DNA from: Polyangiales bacterium
Lineage (GTDB): Bacteria > Myxococcota_A > Polyangia > Polyangiales > Ga0077539
Length of the DNA stretch: 64,000 nucleotides
Direction of reading: 5' to 3'
Assembly: GCA_044229975.1 (NCBI GenBank)
Contig: JBGARZ010000001.1
Location: 512,001 to 576,000, forward strand
The notes under the pieces: model-generated
Told to the model about the DNA's origin: nothing
The model's input: only the letters and a program-made list of their open reading frames with translations
The model's database searches: none
Made by a program: the position numbers and the translations under genes
Shown: positions 8,929 through 18,783 of the stretch, piece after piece
Position numbering within the stretch: the stretch's first letter is position 1
Layout of the letters: every line of letters starts with the position of its first letter

Positions 8929-10281
8929 TCACCACTCGACTGGAGCGGGCGTCGGGCTCCTCGTGGGAGAGACCGACCCCCAGCACCAGACGCTGTGATC
9001 GGTCCGTATCGCGCAGCCGCCCCACACGCCGAGGTAGAGCCGATCGACGTGGTCGAGGCCCGGAACGATCGTCGGGCGGGTCACGCACTCCTCCGTGGCA
9101 CTGCTGCCGACACAGCGCTCGGTCGGGGCGAAGCCGAGCGCGCCGTTGTCGCCGTCGCCCCAGCAACGCACGGTGCGATCGACCATGACCGCGCAGGTGT
9201 TGTACGTCCCGGTCGCGATCGAGCGAACACCGCAGAGGCCAGGGTCCGACGGCTCCGTGACTCCGGGCAGCGCGTCGAGGGAGGCACCGTTGCCGACCTT
9301 GCCGTGGGAGTTGTCGCCGAGGCAGCGGGCCGAGCCGTCGGGGAGGCGGTAGCAGAGGTGTTCGCTGGGAGGGCCATCGGCCATCTCCGCTTCGTCCGGG
9401 AGCGCGATCCCCATCAGCGCCGAGTCGCCGGTCTCGTACCGCCCCGATCGACGGCGCCAGACCCACCCGAAGCTACGCCACCACATGGCCGCGACGTCGG
9501 TAATGCGCACCGTGATCGGGGTTGGCCGGGAGGTGCCGATCAGTCGATCGGACCCCCAACAGGAGACGCTCCCGTCACGTCGGATCGCGCAGATGGAGTA
9601 CCTCCCGGCCGCGAGCTGCACCACGTCCGTGAGCCCAGCGACGAGGGTCGGGCTCGGCCGGCAGGGAGTGCCTTCGCAGTCCTGTTCGCCCTCGCGCCCG
9701 ATGCCCAGGAGGCGGGCGCGGTTCGAGCCCCAGCACCGCACTGTCCCGTCTCGATGGCGGGAGCACGTCACGTCCGGGTTGACGGTCACCACCTGCTCCA
9801 CGTCGTTCAGACCGGAGACCGTGGCCGGTGGGACGCCGTATTCGCCAACGGTGCCGAAGCCGAGGCTACCGTTGCGGTTCCAGCCCCGGCAGCGGACGGT
9901 GTGGTCGCTCATCAGGGCGCACTGATGGAGCTGCGAGGCGACCGCGAGCTCCACGACGTAGGGCGCGTCCGTCGCCGCGACGTCCACTGCGGGAACGTCC
10001 TCGTCGATCACGGGGCAGGCGCGCGCCTCGGGCGGCACGTCGCGCGAAGGTGTGACCGCATCGAAGACATCAACCGGAGGTCGGTCGGGCATCGGCGCGT
10101 CAGCGATCGTCGCATCGACGGGCCCCGCGTCGAGATCGATGGCCGGGACATCAACGGGGCTCGGCCCGCTGTCGCTAGCGCTCACCGTCGACGCGCACCC
10201 CGTCGCGATGACCGACAGCATGAAGAGACGCGCGAGCGAATTGGCGTGGCGCACCGGTCGACCCACCAACCACCGTAACAC
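8929..10281 (-). CDS. RCC1-repeat lipoprotein
   Basis: Repeated 'C(A/V)xxxDxTVRCWGxN' RCC1-like units; lipobox-like 'ATGC' followed by a D/P/A-rich linker. True start may be ATG at 10221. Confidence 0.8.
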   Translation of the reverse strand: MLRWLVGRPVRHANSLARLFMLSVIATGCASTVSASDSGPSPVDVPAIDLDAGPVDATIADAPMPDRPPVDVFDAVTPSRDVPPEARACPVIDEDVPAVDVAATDAPYVVELAVASQLHQCALMSDHTVRCRGWNRNGSLGFGTVGEYGVPPATVSGLNDVEQVVTVNPDVTCSRHRDGTVRCWGSNRARLLGIGREGEQDCEGTPCRPSPTLVAGLTDVVQLAAGRYSICAIRRDGSVSCWGSDRLIGTSRPTPITVRITDVAAMWWRSFGWVWRRRSGRYETGDSALMGIALPDEAEMADGPPSEHLCYRLPDGSARCLGDNSHGKVGNGASLDALPGVTEPSDPGLCGVRSIATGTYNTCAVMVDRTVRCWGDGDNGALGFAPTERCVGSSATEECVTRPTIVPGLDHVDRLYLGVWGGCAIRTDHSVWCWGSVSPTRSPTPAPVEW

Positions 10282-10308
10282 GACGACCTCCGACGCCGAG
10301 AGGCGCGC

Positions 10309-10863
10309 TCACCGCCGCGCGGGCAGCGTCACCAGTCGATCGAGGTACTGCACCAGCACAGGATCAGCCCGCAGCGATGCGACGGCCTCCGCGATGGTCG
10401 CGTCGTCGAGCGATGAGCGTCGCGAGATGAGGTCCATCCCCGCGGGGGTCGCGATGGTCGACTCGAAGGTGATCGCCGCCCATCGCCCGCCCGGATCGAC
10501 CGCCACCACGTCCCACCCGCTGGTGAAGAACACCAGCCACCCCTTACCGCGCCACGTAAAGTGCGTCGGCACCTCCGGGTGCTGCGTGTCGACGCCCTCG
10601 ATGGTCCCGCGCTCGCCATCGCGCACGAAGCCCACCGTGTCGTCGAAGCGCACGCGATCACCGTCGCGCCGCAGGTTGGCGTAGTCGAAGGTCGGCTCGC
10701 GCGGGTCGCCCCCGGTCCACATCGGCAGCGTCGTCGCGATGACGTGCCAATGCCCCTGGATGGTCGCCGCGTCGAGCGACCCCTGACCCATCAACGGCGG
10801 CCTGCGAGGAGCGCCCGCACAACCCAGGAGCCCCATCAGCAGCACCACCGCGGCGCGGCGCAC
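10309..10863 (-). CDS. Lipocalin-like lipoprotein
   Basis: Lipobox 'GLLGC', lipocalin-type 'GHWHVIAT' motif and C-terminal 'MDLISR'. GTG start at 10863 lies right after the upstream stop. Confidence 0.7.
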   Translation of the reverse strand: MRRAAVVLLMGLLGCAGAPRRPPLMGQGSLDAATIQGHWHVIATTLPMWTGGDPREPTFDYANLRRDGDRVRFDDTVGFVRDGERGTIEGVDTQHPEVPTHFTWRGKGWLVFFTSGWDVVAVDPGGRWAAITFESTIATPAGMDLISRRSSLDDATIAEAVASLRADPVLVQYLDRLVTLPARR

Positions 10864-10864
10864 C

Positions 10865-12079
10865 TCACGCGCCCGCGCGTCGCACCCGTCGGGCGCTCGC
10901 TTCGATGAGCATCCCGTGGAGTTCTTCCGAGCGCGGCTCCCAGCCGTAGCGGTTTTGCACCCGCAGCCGCGCCGCGTCGGCGATGCCCTGCGCCCGCTCG
11001 CGGTCGTGCAGCAGCGCCAGCACCGCCTCGGCCATCGGCGCGCCCTGCTCACCGTACGGCGCCACCACGAGCTGCGTGCCCGCCTCGGCCTCGATGCCCT
11101 CCGCGGCGGCCGGCGTGCACACCACCGGGACGCCCATGGCCATCGCTTCGAGCACCTTGTTCTGCACGCCGCGCGCGACGCGCAGCGGGATGACGCACAC
11201 CGCGCAGCCCGTCACGTGCGCGCGGATGTCGGCGACGTACCCGGTGACCGTCACGCCCTCGATGGAGGCCAGCGCCTGCACCTCCGGCGGCGGCCGCGAG
11301 CCCGCGATGACCACGCGGAAGTCCGGGTGGCGCGCCCTCACGCGGGGCATCACCTCGCGCACGAGGAAGAGCGCCGCCTCCACGTTGGCGTGATAGTCCA
11401 TCGCGCCGAAGAACACCGCCGACGCATCCGTCGGCTTCTTCGCCGCGGGCGCGAAGTACTCGGTGTCGACGCCGTTGGGCAGCGTTCGCGCGTCGCACCC
11501 CGGCGCGATGGCCGCGAGCAGCACCTTCTCGCGATCGGCCGTCACGGTGGAGATCACCGCGCGCCGCGCTACTTCGCGCTCATAGCGCTCCAGCGTCGAC
11601 GCCTCGCGCCGGTACACCGCCCCCATCGGGAAGCGCGCCTCTTCGGCGTAGGCCCGCCACTTGGCCGAGTCGACGTCGACGAAGTCCATCACCAGCGGAA
11701 CGTCCGGGTGCCGCAGCGCGTACGGCGCCATCGAGCTGCTCTCGGCGAGGATCGCGTCGGGGTTGATCTCCCGCACCGCGCGGTCGACGTCGGCCTCGAA
11801 GCGCGCGCTGCCGAACACCGGCAGCGTCATCGGCCGCTCGCCCAGCAGCGACGGAATGGCCTTCACCTTCTGCCAGCGCATGTCGAGCGGAACGAGGTTG
11901 ACCGACGCGAAGTGCCGCCGCAGCAGCGCCGTGTGCGCGACGTCCGTCGGCGGCTCGGCGAAGGCCATGAGGTGCACCTCGCAGCGCTTCGCGAGGCGCG
12001 TGAGCAGGTGGTGCGTGCGGATCTTGTCGCCCTTGTCGGGAGGGAAGGGCGTGCGGTGCGTGAGCGCGAGCACCTTCAT
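10865..12079 (-). CDS. GT4 glycosyltransferase (TIGR03087-like sugar transferase)
   Basis: 'MKVLALTHRTPFPPDKGDKIRT', 'DFVDVDSAKW', 'FFGAMDYHANVEA', 'ARGVQNKVLEAMAMG'. ATG at 12079 overlaps the upstream stop (ATGA). Confidence 0.9.
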   Translation of the reverse strand: MKVLALTHRTPFPPDKGDKIRTHHLLTRLAKRCEVHLMAFAEPPTDVAHTALLRRHFASVNLVPLDMRWQKVKAIPSLLGERPMTLPVFGSARFEADVDRAVREINPDAILAESSSMAPYALRHPDVPLVMDFVDVDSAKWRAYAEEARFPMGAVYRREASTLERYEREVARRAVISTVTADREKVLLAAIAPGCDARTLPNGVDTEYFAPAAKKPTDASAVFFGAMDYHANVEAALFLVREVMPRVRARHPDFRVVIAGSRPPPEVQALASIEGVTVTGYVADIRAHVTGCAVCVIPLRVARGVQNKVLEAMAMGVPVVCTPAAAEGIEAEAGTQLVVAPYGEQGAPMAEAVLALLHDRERAQGIADAARLRVQNRYGWEPRSEELHGMLIEASARRVRRAGA

Positions 12080-12702
12080 GACGGCCTCACCCACGCCTTG
12101 GTCACCGGGTCGCGGCGACGGATGATGCGCGCGGGGTTGCCGCCCACGATGCTGTCGTCGGGCACCGCGTCGACGACCACCGAGCCCGCCGCCACGACGC
12201 AGCGCTCGCCCACGTCGGCCATCACCAGCGCGCCGTTGCCGAGCCAGGTGTTGCGGCCGACGCGGATCTGGTCGAAGCGCCCCGGCTGGTCTTGCACCGG
12301 CGCGTCGGGGTCGTCGATGCCGTGCTGGTTCTTGCCCGAGAGCACGTGAACCCCCGAGCCCAGGGTGACGTGATCGTGGAGCAGCGCGCGCCCGATGCTG
12401 CAATTGGCCCCGATGTAGACGCCCTTCGAGATCACCGCGTCGGGCGTCGAGAAGGTCGTCCCCCATTGGATGCACGTGTCGGGGTGGCACTCCGCCAGCA
12501 CCGCCCCGTAGAACGCCCGGCGCACGAGCTGACCCGTCAGCCCCGGCACCATCGCGAGCGCCTGCGAGTACCCCGAGAAGAGCGTTCGCAGCCTGTGCTC
12601 ATCTGCCCCGCGCGTCTCCGCGCGGAAGGCCACCACCACCGGCAGCACCGCGCCCCGCGCCGCCGCGAGCGCCACCATCTTCACCAGTCGTCGCGCGTCC
12701 AT
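12076..12702 (-). CDS. Hexapeptide-repeat (LbH) sugar O-acyltransferase
   Basis: Hexapeptide repeats 'ISKGVYIGANCSIG', 'VGRNTWLGNGALV', 'VAAGSVV..VGGNPARII'. AAGGAG RBS before ATG at 12702. Confidence 0.85.
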   Translation of the reverse strand: MDARRLVKMVALAAARGAVLPVVVAFRAETRGADEHRLRTLFSGYSQALAMVPGLTGQLVRRAFYGAVLAECHPDTCIQWGTTFSTPDAVISKGVYIGANCSIGRALLHDHVTLGSGVHVLSGKNQHGIDDPDAPVQDQPGRFDQIRVGRNTWLGNGALVMADVGERCVVAAGSVVVDAVPDDSIVGGNPARIIRRRDPVTKAWVRPS

Positions 12703-12722
12703 CGCTGCTCCTTCGCTGCCCT

Positions 12723-13847
12723 TCAGCGCCGCACGCCCAGGGCGTCGTACACGCGCAGGTACCGCTCCGCCCGCTTCGCCGGGTCGTGCCGTTCCACCGC
12801 CCGCTGCCTCGCCGCGGCCACCCGCCGCGCGCGCTCGTCGGGCCTCGCCACGCAGTCCACCACCGCCTTCGCGATGGTCTCCGCCGACTCCGGGTCGACG
12901 ATCCACGCCATCTCGCCGTCGTCGGCCACCTCGGGGACACCGCCCACCCGCGTCGCCACCACCGGCAACCCGAGCGTCATCGCTTCGAGCAGCGCGTTGG
13001 GCATCGCCTCGGAGCGCGACGGCATCACCAGCATGTCGCACGCCTTGTAGACCACACCGACGTGCTTCTGGTGCCCCAGGAAACGCACCGCAACCCCGAG
13101 GCCGAGCTCCTTCGCGAGCGACTCCAGCATCGCGCGATCGGGGCCGTCACCCGCCAGCGCGAAGGTCACGTCGGCGCCCTGGGAGCGCGCCTGCGCGAGC
13201 GCTCTCAGCGCGAGGTCTTGCCCCTTCTCGTGCGAGAGCCGACCCACCACCGCCGCCACGAACTCCCCCTGCGGGATCCCGAGCTGCGCCCGCGCCTCAT
13301 CGCGGCTGAGCGGCGTCGAGATGTCCCGCGCGTCGACCGCGTTGGGGATCACGACCACCTTGTCGGCGCTCACGCCCTCGTGCTCGACGATGCGCCGCGC
13401 GCTCTCGGCCACGGCCACGACGCGGTTGGCCTTCGGCAACGACCACGCGTCGATACGGTGGTAGCGCTTCACCTTGTCGTTCTCGGCGGTCCACCCGTGG
13501 TGGTGGCCGATCCAGGGGACGCGCCGCGCCGCGCGCACCGCCATCGCGATGAGGTGCGGCTTGTACGAGTGGCTCTGCACCACCTTCGCGCCGATGCGCC
13601 ACGCGGTGTGCACCGCCTTCGCGATGATGGTCGGGTCGAAGGCCCCGCGCTCTTGAATCTCGTGCACCGTCAGCGCGCCATCGGACAGCTTGTCGAGCGG
13701 CGGAACGGGCCCGGCCCCCTTCCCCCGGAGGATGGCCACATGGAGGCGCACGTCGGGCGGCAGCGCGCGAGAGAGATGGATGAGACCACGCGCCGGCCCG
13801 GTGACCACCGGCGCATCCAGAAACGACAAGACAACCGTCGGTGCCAT
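12723..13847 (-). CDS. GT4 glycosyltransferase
   Basis: 'VIPNAVD', 'VGRLSHEKGQD', 'GDGPDR', 'PSRSEAMPNALLEAM', 'TRVGGVPE'. Confidence 0.9.
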   Translation of the reverse strand: MAPTVVLSFLDAPVVTGPARGLIHLSRALPPDVRLHVAILRGKGAGPVPPLDKLSDGALTVHEIQERGAFDPTIIAKAVHTAWRIGAKVVQSHSYKPHLIAMAVRAARRVPWIGHHHGWTAENDKVKRYHRIDAWSLPKANRVVAVAESARRIVEHEGVSADKVVVIPNAVDARDISTPLSRDEARAQLGIPQGEFVAAVVGRLSHEKGQDLALRALAQARSQGADVTFALAGDGPDRAMLESLAKELGLGVAVRFLGHQKHVGVVYKACDMLVMPSRSEAMPNALLEAMTLGLPVVATRVGGVPEVADDGEMAWIVDPESAETIAKAVVDCVARPDERARRVAAARQRAVERHDPAKRAERYLRVYDALGVRR

Positions 13848-13860
13848 CGGGATTGGTTCT

Positions 13861-14670
13861 CTACCGTCGCGTCGGGCCGGCGTCGGGAGTGCCAGCGTCC
13901 GTAGCCGCAAGCGTCGGGGCGGGCGTCGGGGCGGTGCGGCCGCGCCCTTCGAGGATCACCGCGCGGATGAGTCCGGTCATGCGCTGTCGCCCGGCGGCGT
14001 TGGGGTGCAGGCCATCATCGGAGAGCGAGTCGGGCAGGTAGCCGTCCTCGTCGCCGAGGGCCTGGGCGTAGTCGAGCAGCGTCTCCTGGCGCATGCGGGC
14101 CTGGTCGCGCACCCACTCGTTGAAGCGACGGATGAGCGGGGTCGCGGTGCCGCGAGCTTCGGTGCGATCCCACGCGCGGGTGACCGGAACGGTGGTGGCG
14201 AGCACGACCTTGCTGCCGTGGGTGCGCACCGCGTCGGCCATGGCCGCGTAGTAGAACTGGGTCTCCTCGAAGGGCGGCGCGTCGGGCAGGAGATTGATCG
14301 CGCACATCTTGATGACGACCATCTCGGGGGTGAGCTGGAGGGCGTCGGGCTCGATGCGGAGGTACTGCTGCCAGACGAGCTGACCCGAGTCGCCGCGGTT
14401 GACGAAGGGGAGCCCGGGAAACTCCCCCGCGAGGTCGAGCTGCTCGGTGATGCTCGCTCCGAGAAACACCACGCGACCCGGGACGACCCCCTGGTTGCGG
14501 AGCCGCTCGTTGTCGGCCCGGTAGCGCCCGCGGTGGGCCGGGTCGCTGTGCAGCGTGTGCCAGCGGTCGTGCCAGGTCTTCGCGTCGGAGCGATAGCGCC
14601 AGGCTTTGTAGGAGACGACGCCGAGGCCGGTCAGGAGCAGGGCCATCGCGCCCTGGAGGAGTCGGTTCAT
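13861..14670 (-). CDS. SGNH/GDSL-family esterase with N-terminal membrane anchor
   Basis: Block I 'VFLGASIT', block II 'NRGDSG', block V 'DGLHPN'. Lies in a polysaccharide cluster. Confidence 0.85.
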   Translation of the reverse strand: MNRLLQGAMALLLTGLGVVSYKAWRYRSDAKTWHDRWHTLHSDPAHRGRYRADNERLRNQGVVPGRVVFLGASITEQLDLAGEFPGLPFVNRGDSGQLVWQQYLRIEPDALQLTPEMVVIKMCAINLLPDAPPFEETQFYYAAMADAVRTHGSKVVLATTVPVTRAWDRTEARGTATPLIRRFNEWVRDQARMRQETLLDYAQALGDEDGYLPDSLSDDGLHPNAAGRQRMTGLIRAVILEGRGRTAPTPAPTLAATDAGTPDAGPTRR

Positions 14671-14789
14671 CGCGGGCGATCACTCCTGCGCGTCGGGTCA
14701 GATGCTCGACACGCGCGGCGCATCATGCCATATCGCCCGGCCACGGCGGGTGCCTGAAACACCGCACGGAAGGAACGTTCCGGTCCACG

Positions 14790-16430
14790 ATGGTCGCCTC
14801 ATCCCTCGCGCTGCTGGTCGCGATCCCCATGCAGCTCGCAGGCGCGGCCGGGGTCGAGCTCGCTGGTGGCTACGACTCGACGGTGCTCAACCAGAGCACG
14901 CTCAACTACGGCGACGGCGCCCTCGCCCGCGGCGCGGTCGACCTCCAGTTGGGGCATCGCACCGAGACGGTCCGGCAGCTCCTTCGCACCCGCGGCGAGT
15001 ACTACTTCACCGACGGCGAGGGGCGCCGCATCGACGAGGGCGACTTCCTCTCCATCACCCGCTACGCGCTCCACGCCGAGCCGAGCGACACCTGGCAGAT
15101 CACGGGCGAGGCGACGTACACCCTCGGCCAGTCGTCGCTGCTGCTCGGGCGCACGGGCCGCGCGTTTACGTCGTTTCAGCGCGGCGTGTACGGCGACTAC
15201 ACCGGGCAGGTGCAGGCGCAGCACGACTTCAGCGAGCGCTTCCGCGCGGGGCTGCTCGCGGGCGTGCTCGGCCGCCACGCGGTGGACATCCCCGTCGAGG
15301 TCACGCGCAACAACATGCTGACCTTCGTGTCGGCCCTCGAGACCTCCTACGAGGTCAACGACGAGAACTCCATCCTCGTGGCCGCGCGCGGCGAGTACTT
15401 CCTCGTCGACGGCTACCTCGACTGGGTGCCGCGCATCCTCGGCTACGGCGGGTTGCGCCACCGCTTCGGCGAAAACATCACCCTCACCGTCCTCGGCGGC
15501 GTCGACTCCCTCGCCGACCAGAACGACACCTCCGACTTCTTCGTCGGCCCGTACGGCAACGCCGCGCTCTCCGTGGCCATCCCCGACGAGCACCTCGCGT
15601 TCGGCCTCGGCACCCGCTACGAGTACGCCATCGTCGCCACCACGCGATGCAACCGCCCGGTGCTGGGCCAGCCATGCCCCGCGAGCGAGATCATCCCCGG
15701 CGGCACCGGCCGCGTGCTCGGCAGCAACCTGAGCTTCCTGTGGCGCCCCGGTGAAGGGCGCGTGGCCTTCACGGGCGACGTCAACGCCGACTACGGCACC
15801 ACCGAGACCGCCGTCCCCGGCATGGTCGGCGCCACCCGCGAGATCGAGTCGCTCAACCTGTCGGCGCTGGCGGGCGTGCGCTTCATCGTGTCGCGCAACC
15901 TCTCGTTCTTCGCCCGCTACAACTTCCTGTACTCGGACATCGACATGGGCGGTCCGGCCCCGCTGCCTGGTGTCATCAACGTGCTGGTGCGCCACGTCGC
16001 CTTCGCCGGCCTCACCTTCGCGCTCGGCACCGACGACGACGGGGTCACCGAGCCGATGATTCCGCTCGAAGAGATCGAAGCGTTGCAGGACGCGCAGGGC
16101 GGCTCCGGCGGAGCCCCGACCGGCGGCGAGAGCGACCCGCTCACGAGCGACCCCTTCGACCTCGTGGCCGCCGACGACGCCGCCAACCGGGTGGGCGAAG
16201 CGGGCTCCGGGCTCATCCCCCCGCCCGTCGACCCCAACGCTCCGGTCGACCCCAACGCCCCGCCGCCGCCGCGGCCGCGCACGGCGACCCAGCCGAGCAC
16301 CCACGGCTCCACGCAACGATCGACCGCGCCGGTGAACCACGGCGGCGCACCGGTCGCCCCCAACACGCCACCGTCCGGCTCGACGCCGGGTGACACCGGC
16401 CTCGCACCGCAGGGAGAATCCAACCCATGA
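14790..16430 (+). CDS. Putative outer-membrane beta-barrel (EpsX/Wzp-like) with a Pro-rich C-terminal tail
   Basis: Signal peptide and alternating amphipathic beta-strands with aromatic girdles (e.g. 'LSFFARYNFLYS', 'AFAGLTF'). First gene of the copolymerase-OPX operon. Confidence 0.6.
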   Translation: MVASSLALLVAIPMQLAGAAGVELAGGYDSTVLNQSTLNYGDGALARGAVDLQLGHRTETVRQLLRTRGEYYFTDGEGRRIDEGDFLSITRYALHAEPSDTWQITGEATYTLGQSSLLLGRTGRAFTSFQRGVYGDYTGQVQAQHDFSERFRAGLLAGVLGRHAVDIPVEVTRNNMLTFVSALETSYEVNDENSILVAARGEYFLVDGYLDWVPRILGYGGLRHRFGENITLTVLGGVDSLADQNDTSDFFVGPYGNAALSVAIPDEHLAFGLGTRYEYAIVATTRCNRPVLGQPCPASEIIPGGTGRVLGSNLSFLWRPGEGRVAFTGDVNADYGTTETAVPGMVGATREIESLNLSALAGVRFIVSRNLSFFARYNFLYSDIDMGGPAPLPGVINVLVRHVAFAGLTFALGTDDDGVTEPMIPLEEIEALQDAQGGSGGAPTGGESDPLTSDPFDLVAADDAANRVGEAGSGLIPPPVDPNAPVDPNAPPPPRPRTATQPSTHGSTQRSTAPVNHGGAPVAPNTPPSGSTPGDTGLAPQGESNP

Positions 16431-18004
16431 CCATGGGAGAAAAGGAAGACCAGCCGCTCTCGCTCAAAGACCTGCTGGCCAACTACGCCGCGCTCGCGCG
16501 ACGGGGCTTGCGGTACTGGAAGCGCGGCGCCGCCATCTTCACGGTGATCTTCATCGCCGGGATGGCGTGGGTCGTGACGCGACCGCGCACCTACCGCTCC
16601 GAGGCGCGCTTCCAGGTGCAGGAGCAGGAGCGCTCCGACGGCAACGGGCCGGGCGCCGAGGAGGTGCAGCGCTCCATCGACAACCGGCTGTCGCAGGTCT
16701 ACGGGTCGCGCACCAACATCCTCGCGCTCATCACGCGGCTGCACCTGTTTCCGCTGCTCCAGGGGAAGACGTCGGAGACCAAGCTCGCCGAGCTGTTCTG
16801 GGGCGCGCTCGACCGCAAGGTGGAGACCGACACCGTGCAGATCGGGTTCAAGTACGGCGACCCCCAGGACGCGCAGCGGGTGGTGCGCGGGCTCATCGAC
16901 CTCTTCGTCAACGCGCGGCGCAACACCGCCGTCGAGCGAGCGCGCGAGGCCTTCCAGACCATCGACGCGCAGTTTCACCAGCTGGAGCAGTCGCTCGCCG
17001 ACCGGCAGCAGTCGTTCGACCAGTTCGTGCTGGCCAACCCGGAGATGGTCGAGATCGTGCGGCGCCGACTCCAGGGCGGGCCGGTCATCAACGTGGGCGG
17101 CCCCGGCCAGCAGGTCGCGCGCCCGGAGCCGGAGAACCCCCGCGACTCGATGCGTACGCGCCGCCTGCGCACCCGCATCGCGCAGCTCACGGCGAGCGTG
17201 GAGTCGCTGCGCAACCCGGGGCAGGCGGCCGCGCCGCAGGCCGACGAGCCGGCCGCCCTCACCGAGCTGCGTACGCGGGTGCAGACCAAGCGCACCGAGG
17301 TCGAGGGCCTGCGTCAGCGCTTCTCCGCCGACTACCCCACGCGGGCCGCCGCCGAGCGTGAGCTCACCGCCATGAACAACGAGCTCGCCGCCGCCGTCGC
17401 GCGCTTCCGCGGCGCTCAGCAGAGCCAGGCCAACCTCTCGCAGTCCGAGCGCGAGCAGCGCATCGAGCAGGTCAACCGCGACCTCCAGGCGGCGCGCATC
17501 GAGCTCGCCGACAGCCAGCGCTCCGACAGCGCCGGTAGCGGCGCGCACCCCACCGCGCCCGCGCCCGTCCCCACCGCGCGCAACCCGCTCACCCGCACCA
17601 CGTTGGTCGAGGTCGAGGCCGAGTACACGCGGCTCAACACCGACGTCACCACCACCCGCGCCAGCTACCAGGAGCTCCTGCGGCGCCGCCTCGACTCGCA
17701 GGCCCTCCTGCGCCGGGCCGAGCTCAGCGGCGGCGAGCAGATTCGCGTGCTCGACGCCCCGTCGCTGCCCATCGAGCCCGAGCCGCCGGGGCGCACCAAG
17801 CTCGGGATGATCGTCTGCATCTTGGCCGGGCTCTTCGCCCTCGGCACCGCCCTCGTCTCGGGCTTCATCGACACCCGCATCTACGACCAGGACGACCTGC
17901 GTCGCTGGGGTGAGCTCGTCGAGCTGCCGTTCATCCCCGACCTGCACCTCGATGGCAGCGGCACCCGCCGTCCGCTCTCCACCCCGCCCGACCCTTCGGG
18001 ATAG
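16427..18004 (+). CDS. Polysaccharide copolymerase (Wzz/Wzc-N, GumC-like) without kinase domain
   Basis: TM1 then 'PRTYRSEARFQV', long coiled coil, 'IRVLDAPSLPIEPEPP' before TM2, 'DTRIYDQDDL'. No Walker motif. Confidence 0.85.
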   Translation: MTMGEKEDQPLSLKDLLANYAALARRGLRYWKRGAAIFTVIFIAGMAWVVTRPRTYRSEARFQVQEQERSDGNGPGAEEVQRSIDNRLSQVYGSRTNILALITRLHLFPLLQGKTSETKLAELFWGALDRKVETDTVQIGFKYGDPQDAQRVVRGLIDLFVNARRNTAVERAREAFQTIDAQFHQLEQSLADRQQSFDQFVLANPEMVEIVRRRLQGGPVINVGGPGQQVARPEPENPRDSMRTRRLRTRIAQLTASVESLRNPGQAAAPQADEPAALTELRTRVQTKRTEVEGLRQRFSADYPTRAAAERELTAMNNELAAAVARFRGAQQSQANLSQSEREQRIEQVNRDLQAARIELADSQRSDSAGSGAHPTAPAPVPTARNPLTRTTLVEVEAEYTRLNTDVTTTRASYQELLRRRLDSQALLRRAELSGGEQIRVLDAPSLPIEPEPPGRTKLGMIVCILAGLFALGTALVSGFIDTRIYDQDDLRRWGELVELPFIPDLHLDGSGTRRPLSTPPDPSG

Positions 18005-18057
18005 TCCCGCTGCCAGCGATTGCCACCGAAGCCCGCGGGTATGATACATCGCGGGCC

Positions 18058-18639
18058 ATGCGTGGACTGCGCCCCCTCTGCCTCGCCGCCCTCCTCTCCC
18101 TCCCCGCCTGCCGCGGAACGCTCTCGGGCCCTTGGCCGCCCGTCGAGTCGGGCGTGCAGGAGTACCGCGTGGGTGCGGGCGACATCGTCCGCATCTCGGT
18201 GTTCGGCAACGCCGAGCTCAACACCCGGGTGACGGTTCGTCCCGACGGCCGCATCACGCTGCCGCTCCTCAACGAGGTCACCGTCTCGGGCAAGACCATC
18301 AACGACATCACCCGCGAGGTCACCGAAGGGTACCGCCGCTTCCAGCAGGACGCGCGGGTCGCCGTGGTCGTCGAGGAGGTGCACAGCTACCGGGTGTTCG
18401 TGACCGGCAAGGTCATCCGCCCGGGTGACTTCGAGTCGCGCACCCCCGTCAACGTGGTGCAGGCCCTCGCCCTCGCCGGCGGCGGCGCGCGCGGCGCCAA
18501 CCTCGATCACATCATCGTGCTGCGCCGGGCCACCAACGGCCGCGAGGAGCGCTACGAGGTGTCCATCAACGACATCCTCGAAGGCCAGATGCAGCAGAAC
18601 TTCACGCTGCGCTCCGGCGACACCGTCGTCGTCCCCTGA
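18058..18639 (+). CDS. Short OPX (Wza-like) polysaccharide export protein
   Basis: PES motif 'YRVGAGDIVRISVFGNAEL..VTVRPDGRITLPLL', one SLBB domain 'VFVTGKVIRPG..ALALAGG', ends 'LRSGDTVVVP'. Confidence 0.9.
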   Translation: MRGLRPLCLAALLSLPACRGTLSGPWPPVESGVQEYRVGAGDIVRISVFGNAELNTRVTVRPDGRITLPLLNEVTVSGKTINDITREVTEGYRRFQQDARVAVVVEEVHSYRVFVTGKVIRPGDFESRTPVNVVQALALAGGGARGANLDHIIVLRRATNGREERYEVSINDILEGQMQQNFTLRSGDTVVVP

Positions 18640-18783
18640 TTGGTTGATTGAGAGACGGGTGGGAAGGTCATCCCAACCCGTCGCGAGCGCCCGGAGGCGA
18701 GCAAGGCCGCGCGAGACATACGCGGGGTATTTCGAGCGCGGCCGACCGCTGCATCCGGGTGCGCAGCAGGGGTGGGGTGACCT

